This document shows positions 38,404 through 47,966 of a DNA stretch of 64,000 nt, in pieces. The translations under genes were made by a program, and so were the position numbers. The stretch covers positions 195,940-259,939 of the forward strand of contig CAWAHW010000004.1 in NCBI GenBank assembly GCA_963781885.1, read 5' to 3'. Position 1 is the stretch's first letter. Each line of letters begins with the position of its first letter. A model generated the notes under the pieces. The model was not told the origin of the DNA, did not search any database, and saw only the letters and a program-made list of their open reading frames with translations. This DNA is from an uncultured Spirochaetota bacterium (GTDB taxonomy: Bacteria > Spirochaetota > Spirochaetia > SZUA-6 > Fen-1364).

Positions 38404-38515
38404 CTCTCTGATCACCCTCGGTTTCCTCCAACTTCCCCAAATGTACATTTAAGGAAGCTGGGCCTGGACAAGCCCCACGACAGTATTCTCTCCCTGGTTC
38501 GGTGCAGCTGCCTCC

Positions 38516-39604
38516 TCATTCAGAGCACTGGACAACGACCTTGCCCACGTTGATCTCGCCCCGGGCAAACGCCTCAAAGGCTTGCTGCAGGGAGACGGGA
38601 TCGAAAGGAACTATCCTGGTGATCTCGGCCTTGAGCTTCCCCTCCTCGGTCCATTGAACGGCCCGCTCGAGACCCTGGATGACACTCGCTCGGGCTTGTG
38701 GATTCTGGAACTCGGGATCCGTCGCATATCTTCCAAGGTCGCCGATGACCATCCTGCCCCCTCGTGCCTCGACGACGGAGGACAAGTCTGTCGACCCGAA
38801 TTGCTTCAACTGCCGGGCGGTTCCCAGGCGGATGTATTCGCCACCCGAGGCAATCACCGCCGAAGACTGCTGGTAGGACGATGGCGAGTTGGTGGAGTCA
38901 TAGACCACGTCGACGCCCCGCCCGTCGGTCAGCTTGAAGATTTCCTTCGCCACGTCCTGCCGGGAATAGTCGATGACGTGATCGACGTGAAGTCGATGCA
39001 GGAGCTCTATCGTGGCTGCCTTGCCAGCAGACCCGATGACCTTGAGCCCATGGATCTTGGCCATCTGGACCGCAAAGTGTCCGAGGCCGCCGCCCGCGCC
39101 GGCAATGTAGATCCACTTGCCGCGGTGCCGCTGGATGTCGCCGGACAGGATCAGGCTCTCGTACGCTGTCAGGAAAGCAATCCCGAAGGTGCTGGCTTCG
39201 GTCGCGGGAACACGGCCACGGGGTACGATCCTGTCGGAATGGCTTTTGACCACCGCGTACTCGGCGAAACATCCTCCTTTGCTGATGCCGCCGAGAACCG
39301 GATCGCCCACCTGCAGCCCGCGAGGGCCCTCACCACCCCGCTTGACAATGACCCCGCTGTAGTCGAACCCCAGAACATAGGGGTCGGGAAGCTGGAAGAT
39401 ATTTCTCCTCGCCATGAGCGGATCCATCTTGTTGATCGACGCATAGTCCACCCGAACAAGAATCTCGTCGGGGGCCAGGGACGAAATAGTCTTCCGTTGA
39501 AGACTCACAGGATCTCCTTCGTGCGAGATCGCAAGTGTATTGAAACTCAGGGGCAGCTGGACCTCTGCGATTGGTAACGATTGATCTGGATGGGAAGCTG
39601 GCAT
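38516..39604 (-). CDS. zinc-type alcohol dehydrogenase / quinone oxidoreductase (MDR superfamily)
   Basis: MDR fold with nucleotide-binding GAGGGLG. 362 aa. Confidence 0.8.
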   Translation of the reverse strand: MPASHPDQSLPIAEVQLPLSFNTLAISHEGDPVSLQRKTISSLAPDEILVRVDYASINKMDPLMARRNIFQLPDPYVLGFDYSGVIVKRGGEGPRGLQVGDPVLGGISKGGCFAEYAVVKSHSDRIVPRGRVPATEASTFGIAFLTAYESLILSGDIQRHRGKWIYIAGAGGGLGHFAVQMAKIHGLKVIGSAGKAATIELLHRLHVDHVIDYSRQDVAKEIFKLTDGRGVDVVYDSTNSPSSYQQSSAVIASGGEYIRLGTARQLKQFGSTDLSSVVEARGGRMVIGDLGRYATDPEFQNPQARASVIQGLERAVQWTEEGKLKAEITRIVPFDPVSLQQAFEAFARGEINVGKVVVQCSE

Positions 39605-39697
39605 TTTCTTGTCTCCTTGGGTTCAAGGTACTGACTTGACTTCATACGATCCATGTTCCAAAGTCCAAACTATCGTCGAGATAGTCCAGGAGGACTC

Positions 39698-40673
39698 GTG
39701 GATCCACTTTCCGATGTCATTTCGCTCCTCAAGCCGAATAGTTTCACCTGCAGCGGTTTTGATGTCGGTGGGGCGCACTCGGTGCAGTTCCCCCGGTTTG
39801 AAGGCGTCAAGTACTACGCACTGGTCTCGGGTCAGCTCTGGTTATTGGTGGAAGGGACATCGGAAGCGATCCGGCTTGCTGCAGGAGACTTTGTCCTGCT
39901 GACCGGTGGACATACGTGTCGCCTGACTTCGGACCCGTCGTTGCCCGCCACCGATATTGCGGTCTTCAAGTCGATGATCCAGCATAACGGTGACATTGTG
40001 ACTCTCAACGGGGGCGGAGACTGCCTGACCCTTGGAGGACACTTCCTTCTCTCCGGATACCATGCTAATGTCCTCCTCGATCTCCTTCCTCCCGTCATTC
40101 ACATCCGCAAAGAGTCGGTCGATCCTTCATTTTCATTGGTCCCTCGATCTCTTGATGCATGAGCTCCGGACCTCCCGACCCGGCAGCAGCCTCGTGGAAC
40201 AGCACCTCGCCTCCCTGATCCTGATCCAGGCCCTGCGGGTCTACCTGTCTGAAGACTCCCGGAGCATTTCCGGGTGGTTGTTTGCTCTTTCCGATGAAAA
40301 GATCAGCCGCGCGCTGATCGCCATCCACGCTGACCCGGCCCGACGCTGGACACTCCAGGAATTGGCCGCGATGGCGGGAATGTCCCGTTCTCTTTTCGCC
40401 CAGAGGTTCAAAGCGACGGTTGGTACCTCGGCCATGGAATATGTGACCCGATGGCGGATGTTCAAGGCAACGGAACGGTTGCTGGACTTCCACGATCCAA
40501 TCGCTGAGATTGCACCGTCTCTCGGCTACGAGTCGGAGAGTGCCTTCAGCGCTGCCTTCAAGAGAGTCCTGGGGTGTTCCCCACGACAGTATGTGCGCAC
40601 TCATTCCAGGCAGAAGGCCCTGGTCGTTGACGATGGTGCGGGGGCACTTGAAATGCCAGGGCAGAACGGATAA
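39698..40673 (+). pseudogene. AraC-family transcriptional regulator (cupin_6-type N-domain + AraC HTH), frameshift near 40135
   Basis: N-domain (VDPLSDVISLLKP...) in ORF 39653-40162. HTH domain (..LQELAAMAGMSRSLFAQRFK...GYESESAFSAAFKR) in ORF 40032-40673. The junction lies at a TTTT run. GTG start at 39698 after AGGAGG. Confidence 0.6.
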
Positions 40674-40701
40674 TCCTACACGCAACAGGGAGGAGATACA
40701 G

Positions 40702-40785
40702 ATGGGAAACAAGGATAGGAAGAAAGACAAGAAGAAGCCGAAGAAGACCGCGACGAAAAAGCCGGGCCCTTCGAGCGTGAAGTAG
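40702..40785 (+). CDS. very small Lys-rich peptide (27 aa, MGNKDRKKDKKKPKKTATKKPGPSSVK)
   Basis: RBS GGGAGGAG 6 nt upstream. Immediately downstream of the AraC stop. Followed by a GC-rich hairpin. Confidence 0.25.
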   Translation: MGNKDRKKDKKKPKKTATKKPGPSSVK

Positions 40786-40789
40786 CCCC

Positions 40790-40850
40790 GACCCCGCCCG
40801 CCGCGGCCCACGGCCGGCTTCGCGGCAAGGGTTGACCCGCGGGCGGGGTC
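40790..40850. terminator. perfect 12-bp GC-rich inverted repeat (GACCCCGCCCGC...GCGGGCGGGGTC) between convergent genes; no U-tract
   Basis: Read directly from the sequence. The 37-nt loop is itself structured. Confidence 0.3.
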
Positions 40851-40978
40851 ACGGTCAGTGTCGGCCTGTGCGGGCGGAGGGCGACCCGGCCAGGCGCCTC
40901 AAGCCCATCCGCCCGTCACGGCGCGGCGCATTCGAGGGGGACGGGCACCCCGGCCCCTGCCCTCCTCCGCGGTTGCGA

Positions 40979-42742
40979 TTACCCCGCAAGCTCCTGCGCT
41001 TTCCACATCTCCGCCATCTTGTCGCCCTCCAGCCTGATGAGCCAGATCACACGGGATTCACTATCGATGTCCGGGCACGCTCCCCGGGTCGTGCTGTGCA
41101 CCGCCACCCTGTCCCCTTCGCTGAGGATCGTCTCCACGCCGATGTGGAAGTCGGGGCACTCCGCGCGCGTCTTCAGGAGCTCGGCAGGCACATCCTGCGC
41201 GCCACGGATCAGCACGTTCGAATGATCCACCCAGTGCGGGTGGAGGATGTCGTGGATGCGGGAGATGTTGCCGGTATTCCACATCTCGAAGTATCGACGC
41301 ACCACCGACTTGTTAATTTCGGGATCCGATACCCGGGAAACGGCGCGTCGCGCGCGGATCGGCCTGATGAGGAACGCCGTGACGAAAAAGCCCGCCGCGG
41401 CAAAACCCGATGCCATTCGGAGCGCCACGGTGATCCCGCGCATGAATGCATCGCCAAAGCCGGTCGTTCCATGGGCCGTTGCTCCGAAAACCGTGACCAG
41501 TATCGCCAGGCCGATGGACCCTCCAACGGAAATCATGGTCTGCGCAAGACCCGACGCCGCGCCTGACTCCTTGCGCTCCACGCCCGACAGTGCCGTCACG
41601 TTGAGGGGCATGATGCAAAGCCCCGACGCAAGGCCGATGAGGGCCAGCGGACCGAGCAGACCGCCGATGTACGTGCTTGCAGGGGACAGGAAGGTCAGCC
41701 AGAAAAGACCGGCGGCTTGCACGAACGTCCCCGTCAGGATGAGACGCCACGGTTCCCACCTCTTGAGAAGGCGCGGCACCACGCGCACGGTGACCAGGAT
41801 CATTGCCGCCAGGGGCAGGTACGCCAGCCCCGCCTGCAGCGGGCTGAGCCGCAGCACGCCCTGGAGGAACTGCGTGGAGAAGAAGAAGGTCCCGAAGTTG
41901 CCCGCGATGACGAGGAGCAGCGCCAGGTAGGCGCCGACCCGCCTGCGGTCGGAGAACAGCCCGAGGGGCAGCAGGGGCTCGGCCGTCCTCTGCTCGTGCC
42001 GGATGAAGAAGCCCAGGAGCACGACGGCAAGCGCAAACGCGGCCAGGGCGAGCGGGTTGCCCCAGCCGGACGATGCCGCGCGTATCAGGCCGAAGACGAG
42101 CGACGTCATTCCCACGGTGGAGGAGACGGCCCCCGGCAGGTCGAACCTGCCCTCGCGCCGCTCGGTTTCCTTGAGAACGATCGGCACGAGGACGACAAGC
42201 GCGATGCCCACCGGCACGTTGACAAAGAACACCCATCTCCAGGAGAGCAGCCCCGTGAGCACGCCTCCCATGGTGAGGCCGATGATGCTCCCAAGGCTTG
42301 CCGCCGCCGAGTAGAAGCTGAGGGCGCGATTGCGCGGCTGCCCTTCCGGGAAGCTCGTCACCAGGAGCGCCATCGTGCTGGGAGTGGCGAACGCCGCGCC
42401 GACGCCTTGGAGCACGCGCGCCGCCAGGAGCAGCCACGCGTTCGGTGCCAGGCCGCCCAGCGCCGAGGCCGCGGTGAACAGGACCAGGCCGGTGAGCAGG
42501 CTGCGCTTGCGCCCGACGATGTCGCCCGACCTTCCCCCGAGGAACAGGAGCCCGCCGTAGGCGAGCATGTACGCGTTGACCACCCAGGCCAGGCCGACGG
42601 CGGAGAATCCCAGTGCCTGCCGCATCGACGGCAGTGCAATATTGACGATGCTCATATCGATGCCGATCATGAGATAGCTCGCCACGATGATCCCGAGGAT
42701 CACGCCCTGCCGAGCCTCCCTGGTCGATGTTTTCATTTCCAT
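40979..42742 (-). CDS. MFS transporter (DHA2-like, 14 TMS) fused to a C-terminal SnoaL-like / NTF2-like (ester-cyclase-type) domain
   Basis: MFS motifs (GRSGDIVGRKR). The C-terminal 120 aa (INKSVVRRYFEMWNTGN...HWVDHS...VIWLIRLEGDKMAEMW) resemble the SnoaL polyketide-cyclase fold. Confidence 0.8.
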   Translation of the reverse strand: MEMKTSTREARQGVILGIIVASYLMIGIDMSIVNIALPSMRQALGFSAVGLAWVVNAYMLAYGGLLFLGGRSGDIVGRKRSLLTGLVLFTAASALGGLAPNAWLLLAARVLQGVGAAFATPSTMALLVTSFPEGQPRNRALSFYSAAASLGSIIGLTMGGVLTGLLSWRWVFFVNVPVGIALVVLVPIVLKETERREGRFDLPGAVSSTVGMTSLVFGLIRAASSGWGNPLALAAFALAVVLLGFFIRHEQRTAEPLLPLGLFSDRRRVGAYLALLLVIAGNFGTFFFSTQFLQGVLRLSPLQAGLAYLPLAAMILVTVRVVPRLLKRWEPWRLILTGTFVQAAGLFWLTFLSPASTYIGGLLGPLALIGLASGLCIMPLNVTALSGVERKESGAASGLAQTMISVGGSIGLAILVTVFGATAHGTTGFGDAFMRGITVALRMASGFAAAGFFVTAFLIRPIRARRAVSRVSDPEINKSVVRRYFEMWNTGNISRIHDILHPHWVDHSNVLIRGAQDVPAELLKTRAECPDFHIGVETILSEGDRVAVHSTTRGACPDIDSESRVIWLIRLEGDKMAEMWKAQELAG

Positions 42743-42853
42743 GTGTGTCTCACCTCCGTGATGAGTCCGTTATTCGGAGTGTATCTCCGTTTAGCGAATG
42801 GAATATACGGAGGGGTCCTCCGATAGTCAACACGAAAGGTTGATTGGTATATT

Positions 42854-43438
42854 ATGAGAGCGATGAGTGAAAAAGCCGATCGTCCGCTTCGCGCCGACGC
42901 CCAGAAAAATTATGCGCGCCTGATCGACGTGGCAAACAGGGTCTTCATGAAGAAGGGCCCGGACGCGTCACTGGAAGAGATCGCACGCGTCGCGGAAGTA
43001 GGCATCGGCACGCTCTATCGCCACTTCCCGACCAGGACAGACCTCCTGCAGTCGGTGTACGCCGAGCAGATCGAGGCCTTGATTGCCCGAGCCTACGAGC
43101 TGCGTGACAGTTTGCCTCCCCGGGAGGCGCTGCTCTCGTTCCTGGACGCCGCGGCGGACCACATGACGAACTACAAGGCCTTGAAGGCCTGTCTCATCAC
43201 GGCAGGGGAAGGCGCCGCGAAATCGCACCAGCAGTGGGCGCCGCGCCTGTACGAAGCTGTCGGCGCCCTGCTGGCTGCCGCGGAAAAGGCGGGGGCGGTT
43301 CGCGGCGGACTCGAGCCCATGGATCTCATGAAGCTCATCCATGCCATCACGGTGGCAGCGGAGAAATCACCCGACAGCGCGGCCCAGGCGAAAAAGTTGC
43401 TGGGCATCATGACCGACGGCCTGTTCAAGAACACATGA
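42854..43438 (+). CDS. TetR/AcrR-family transcriptional regulator
   Basis: HTH LEEIARVAEVGIGTLYRHFPTR. Divergent from the MFS gene. Confidence 0.85.
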   Translation: MRAMSEKADRPLRADAQKNYARLIDVANRVFMKKGPDASLEEIARVAEVGIGTLYRHFPTRTDLLQSVYAEQIEALIARAYELRDSLPPREALLSFLDAAADHMTNYKALKACLITAGEGAAKSHQQWAPRLYEAVGALLAAAEKAGAVRGGLEPMDLMKLIHAITVAAEKSPDSAAQAKKLLGIMTDGLFKNT

Positions 43439-43481
43439 TGCCTGTATAGGCGCGGGCGGGGCACGCCCGGCTCTACCAGGC

Positions 43482-44168
43482 TTAGCGGGGCTGCATGCCC
43501 GCGGTCTGCGCGAGGTGCGCCGTGACCTCAGGGGAAAGGTTCAGCGCGGCAGCGAGCTGCGCCAGGTAGTCCGTCTCCGCGGGCGTGTCCACCTCGATCG
43601 CAAGGAGGGAGGCCGCGTACAGCTTCGCGGCAAGCTCGGGGTTGCCCCGGGCGGCCGCCACAAGCTCCGTGGTGTCCAGCGGCTTTGCCATTTCCGCCCT
43701 GAGAAAGTCCAGGCCCGCCTTTTCCTCGCCGGATTCATGGATGGCGGCAAGGATGCGGCTCATCTCTGATTCGTCGATATGTCCATCCGCCTTGGCGGCG
43801 CTGATCATTGCCTTGAGGACGAGCTCGGAGTGCCGCTCCAGCTCTGCCCTTTCCGCGTCGGTCTGCGGCGCCCGGTAGGCGGGCGGCGCATCCTGGCCCT
43901 GGAAGTGGCCATTGTTCTTGAGCGCCTGCCACGCCATGAGGCCGAGCATCGTCACGGCTCCGCCGCCGATGCCGCCCCTGATGGCGCCTCCCAGCCCCCT
44001 GCCCGACCCCATGACCGCGCCGGCCAGCGCTCCTATGCCTCCGATGGCCAGGTTCTGGTTGCCGCCCATCATGCGACCGGCCTGGTTCAGCATGTTTCCC
44101 ATCCTGTTCGTGGAGGATTGGCTGACACCCGATTGGAGGAATGATCCAAGCATGTTTCCAAAGTTCAT
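43482..44168 (-). CDS. YebE-like inner-membrane protein (DUF533, TerB-like C-terminal domain)
   Basis: Gly-rich N-terminal region then VLKAMISAAKADGHIDESE...LYAASLLAIEVDTPAE..YLAQLAAALNL, close to E. coli YebE. Confidence 0.7.
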   Translation of the reverse strand: MNFGNMLGSFLQSGVSQSSTNRMGNMLNQAGRMMGGNQNLAIGGIGALAGAVMGSGRGLGGAIRGGIGGGAVTMLGLMAWQALKNNGHFQGQDAPPAYRAPQTDAERAELERHSELVLKAMISAAKADGHIDESEMSRILAAIHESGEEKAGLDFLRAEMAKPLDTTELVAAARGNPELAAKLYAASLLAIEVDTPAETDYLAQLAAALNLSPEVTAHLAQTAGMQPR

Positions 44169-44241
44169 GTCTGTGTCCTTGCCGATGATCGTACGGCGGG
44201 GCGCACCGGGCTGTCAACGGCAGACGAAATATGAGTGCTCC

Positions 44242-45186
44242 CTACCACGCGCGGGGGATCCTGTAGAGAACGAACTTGTTCCGAGAGCCACCAAAATATG
44301 CCAGGATGTAAACAGTCGCGTTCGGATCGGCGGCGACGAGCTGGAGATTGGCGTCATCCTCGTATCGAAGACCGTAAAGGCGGACGAGGTCCCCCTTCTT
44401 GTTTCGGATTCCAAGGACAGAACCATCTTCCCACGAATAGAAGTTGCCGAACCGGTCAAAAAAGCAGGTCTGCGGCCATGACAGGTCCGGAATCGAATCT
44501 TCCGCAAGACGATCCCTTCTGTTGCTGTTCCAGAAATCGAGAATGCGCTTCGAAATACGAGCCAGTGGTTTGCCGTCGGAAATCAGGACGCCGTTCTTGT
44601 CGAACACGAGCTTCCTGCTTCGCGCTTCCTTGCCTTGAAGGAAGCTTTTCGTTTCATCGGCGCCTCGAAACACAGGCTCTTGAGCACGACCAGGAAAGAA
44701 TTGAAGGCTCGAATAGCCACCCTTGTCCGGATTTTCCGACAAAATCAGGTCACCGGCGATCAGCGTCGGAAAGAATACAGCATCGTCCATCCTCCGCTTT
44801 GTCGCACTGTCTTCCCAGGCCGCGCGTATGTCGAAAACCATCTGTCGCGTCGCAAGATCGAGGACCTGGAGCGTCCGCGGCGGCTGTTGCCCGAATCCGA
44901 TCAGCCGGCCCGCATCGAAGGCGAGGAAGCACGTGAAGATGTCGAACCCTGGAGAGAACGATTCTATCCGCCCGTCTTTCCTGATCTCCGTCGTTCGGTG
45001 GTTGTTGGCGTCGGCAATATAGACATTGCCGTCCGCGTCTGCGGCAATGGCGACGGGAGTCCCGATGGCGTCTTCTGCCGTGCCCATCTCGTATTCACCC
45101 GCTGCCTCATCGATGAGACGGGTATCTATCGCGCGGGCACTGGTGCCGACGAGCGCCAGGACGAGCACAATCACGGCAGTCTTCAT
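44242..45186 (-). CDS. secreted NHL-repeat-like protein
   Basis: Signal peptide MKTAVIVLVLALVGTSARA. The motif DGNVYIADANNHR is NHL-like. Start overlaps the upstream gene stop (ATGA). Confidence 0.55.
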   Translation of the reverse strand: MKTAVIVLVLALVGTSARAIDTRLIDEAAGEYEMGTAEDAIGTPVAIAADADGNVYIADANNHRTTEIRKDGRIESFSPGFDIFTCFLAFDAGRLIGFGQQPPRTLQVLDLATRQMVFDIRAAWEDSATKRRMDDAVFFPTLIAGDLILSENPDKGGYSSLQFFPGRAQEPVFRGADETKSFLQGKEARSRKLVFDKNGVLISDGKPLARISKRILDFWNSNRRDRLAEDSIPDLSWPQTCFFDRFGNFYSWEDGSVLGIRNKKGDLVRLYGLRYEDDANLQLVAADPNATVYILAYFGGSRNKFVLYRIPRAW

Positions 45187-47966
45187 GGCGACGCCTCCCA
45201 GTCGACGGTAGCTGAGACGTTGAGAAGGGATTCGACTACCCAACCGCAAAGCCCCTCCGGCAGCTTTATCCTGTACCAGATTTTGTCCGGAGAGTCGGCG
45301 ACCGACCTGTCACGCCAACGAGCCTGAACGGTCACCGCGGCGCCACGCGGAAGGTCTGCCAGGGAAGGGGATGATTCCAAAGGGAACCTCCGCAACTTGA
45401 CTCCATCTTGCGCGACAACTGCCGCGACGGAGCGATATCCCCAGGTTCGCTCGTGGCGCACCAGCGAGTAGAGTCCCCTCGCAGGGGAAGCGACAAGCTC
45501 GAAAACCACCCCATCGGCGTCCACGGCGACTCCGCACGATCCGGCGTTCAACAGGACAGTGCCGAGGACATCGCCTTTTCCAGAAAAGGCCCGCACGACA
45601 TTCGATTGCAGAAGGTAATAATTCCCGTCCCTGTCGAACCCCATGAGACGGCTTGCCCCCTCGGTATACGCAGGGCCTGAAAGGTGAATGTTGCGTGCTT
45701 TGAAAAGGCGAAGCAGGAGATCGGGGTTGCGCGTGAAAACTCTTTCCCCGTCCATGAGCATTCCCTCGGGATTGACCCAGAGGCCTCTCCTGTCGACTTC
45801 ATGCGCACGGATGAAGGCAAGAGTGCCGTCGTGATTGCGGTACGTTGCCCGCGCACCGGGCCGCAAGGGAACCTCAAGACTGAAAAGCCAATACTGGTGG
45901 GCGGGCCTGTAGTTTGCCCGCGCGGGCGCGGAAACATCGAGCTCGCCAATGAGAAGATCATCGCCATATGCATAGTATTTCGGATGTGACGGGTCCGAAG
46001 GAAAGGGATAGGCGGCCGCGTCGCCGTGAAAGAGAACAACGCCGCCCGTGGGATCCACCACGGTGAAGCTGCCGTCACCGTCCTGCGCGCCCTGGATGAT
46101 CCGTCCGTCCATCGCGAATGCGTCGCCGAACGAAATGTCACCCAGGGGAAGCTTCGAAACGGTCGGAACCAATGCCTCATCGAGCTGAATGACGCGCTCA
46201 TTTGCCGGATCATGAACAAGAAGCGTTCCGTCCGAGGTCCCGAGCATCCCATCGACCTGAACGGGTGCCTGCATCTCTGCCGGCGGAGTGTACCCGAGCT
46301 GGGTCGCATCATTGCCGAAGGTGAAGGTGCGGACAATCGTGGATGGCCCCGGGAAAGCCAGCGGGGTCCCCGTGTCCCTGAGCTGCCAGGCTCCGCCCAG
46401 GTCTTCGTTCTCTATCGCAACGGCGCTGCGTACCGTTGCGACAAGGCCCCCGCTGGTTGCCGCCTGATAGGCAGTCTGCGTGAATGAGGCTCCTGGCAAT
46501 ACGCCGGTTTTCGGAAGTGCAAGGATTTCCGCGAGCTCTCCCTGCGCGGTGGGAAAATGTCGACAAATGACAACCCCGCCGCCATTCGGCTGAAGAAAGC
46601 CAAAGGCGGACAATGCCGGCACACCATAGGTGTCGGCCTGGTTGTACGCCCTCCGCCACTTCATGTCGCCGGTGGGCGAAAAGCGAGCCAGCCATGCCTG
46701 GAATTCGGACGCTGACAGAATGGCTCCCGGGCCGCAGACGAAGAGGTCTCCCGCGGAATCCTGGACCATCCCGCGGGGACGCATTTCGCCTCGCGGGTTG
46801 TCAAAGATCTTCTGCCATGCGAGCTTTCCATCGGGTTGAATTTTGCAGAGCAGCAATAATCCGTTTTTGCCGGCGAAGGTCGTTCCGACGACTGCGAACC
46901 CACCATCCAAGAGCTGGACGATGGCATCTGCCGAGCATCTCTGCACCGCCGATATCGGCTCGACGCTCTCAATGTTCGTCCGCCATATCACGTCACCGTT
47001 CGACGTTAGCCTCATGACAAACGCTTGCGAGTATTCGGAGTTCGGCGGAGAGAAGATGCCGCAAAGAGCATAGCCATTGTCCGTGGTCTGCGCGAGACCG
47101 TTCACCTGGATGTTGCTCCCCAGGCAATACTCCTTTGCCCACAACAGCGCGCCGTTGCCGTCGACCTTGACGACGTAGGCAGACCCGCCGCCGTACGAGA
47201 TGAGCCCTCCGCCGAAAATCACGGCACCGCCGTCTCTCGTCGAGACGATACTGCACGGTGTGTTCACGTAGACGGTAGTGAAGCGCCGTTCCCATAGCGA
47301 GTGACCCTGCGCATCGATCTTCCCCAGCCAGGTCTGATTCCCCTGGCCCACGAGAGACGGCGCCGAACCCAGGAGGAGGAATCCTCCATCCACCGCCTGG
47401 ACGATCGACGTGATGTCGTGCTCTGCCAGAGCCGGGAGGGCACTCTGCAACGTGATGTTCCCCGACTCATCGGTCAAGATCAGGGAAGGACGACCCTTGG
47501 CACCCGACGCCAAGGCAGGGCCTCTCCCGATGAGGGCGTAGCCGCCTTTCGCGCGCTGGGCAACCGCCGTGAACGCCCCGCCATTCCTGTCCGCGAAGCG
47601 AAGAATGCAAAACGGCAGAGCCGGCGCCGGCGAGGATATGCTCTCCTTTCCCATGGCAATCCACCCCACCTTGTACCAGAAGCCAGTCCCCCCGACGGAC
47701 GCATGATCGTCAAAAGATGTCTCCTTGATGGGGTCAGCCGTCAGGCGGCTGAAAATGCCTTCGGGCGACGCGGAGCGGTACACAAAGTAACCTTCGGCGC
47801 CATTGACAGGATCCCATGCGATTCTGTTCAAGCCAGGCGGACACGCGACGGCGGTGATTTCATCCAGTCGGGCGACGCCCGTGACCCCGCTGGCGGCCCC
47901 CGCGTTCGCCGAAACGAGCGAAAACACCAGCACGAGAAAAAGCGTTGCGATTCGTGATCTCATCAT
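45183..47966 (-). CDS. large secreted protein (927 aa): signal peptide, FN3-like domain, repeated DGG-type beta-propeller blades, C-terminal SH3b-like domain
   Basis: Signal peptide MMRSRIATLFLVLVFSLVSANA. FN3-like (LNRIAWDPVNGAEGYFVYRS). Repeats VDGGFLLLG, TRDGGAVIFG, TTDNGYALCG, LDGGFAVVG. C-terminal WYRIKLPEGLCGWVVESLL. The track ORF N-terminal extension was rejected. Confidence 0.6.
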   Translation of the reverse strand: MMRSRIATLFLVLVFSLVSANAGAASGVTGVARLDEITAVACPPGLNRIAWDPVNGAEGYFVYRSASPEGIFSRLTADPIKETSFDDHASVGGTGFWYKVGWIAMGKESISSPAPALPFCILRFADRNGGAFTAVAQRAKGGYALIGRGPALASGAKGRPSLILTDESGNITLQSALPALAEHDITSIVQAVDGGFLLLGSAPSLVGQGNQTWLGKIDAQGHSLWERRFTTVYVNTPCSIVSTRDGGAVIFGGGLISYGGGSAYVVKVDGNGALLWAKEYCLGSNIQVNGLAQTTDNGYALCGIFSPPNSEYSQAFVMRLTSNGDVIWRTNIESVEPISAVQRCSADAIVQLLDGGFAVVGTTFAGKNGLLLLCKIQPDGKLAWQKIFDNPRGEMRPRGMVQDSAGDLFVCGPGAILSASEFQAWLARFSPTGDMKWRRAYNQADTYGVPALSAFGFLQPNGGGVVICRHFPTAQGELAEILALPKTGVLPGASFTQTAYQAATSGGLVATVRSAVAIENEDLGGAWQLRDTGTPLAFPGPSTIVRTFTFGNDATQLGYTPPAEMQAPVQVDGMLGTSDGTLLVHDPANERVIQLDEALVPTVSKLPLGDISFGDAFAMDGRIIQGAQDGDGSFTVVDPTGGVVLFHGDAAAYPFPSDPSHPKYYAYGDDLLIGELDVSAPARANYRPAHQYWLFSLEVPLRPGARATYRNHDGTLAFIRAHEVDRRGLWVNPEGMLMDGERVFTRNPDLLLRLFKARNIHLSGPAYTEGASRLMGFDRDGNYYLLQSNVVRAFSGKGDVLGTVLLNAGSCGVAVDADGVVFELVASPARGLYSLVRHERTWGYRSVAAVVAQDGVKLRRFPLESSPSLADLPRGAAVTVQARWRDRSVADSPDKIWYRIKLPEGLCGWVVESLLNVSATVDWEASP

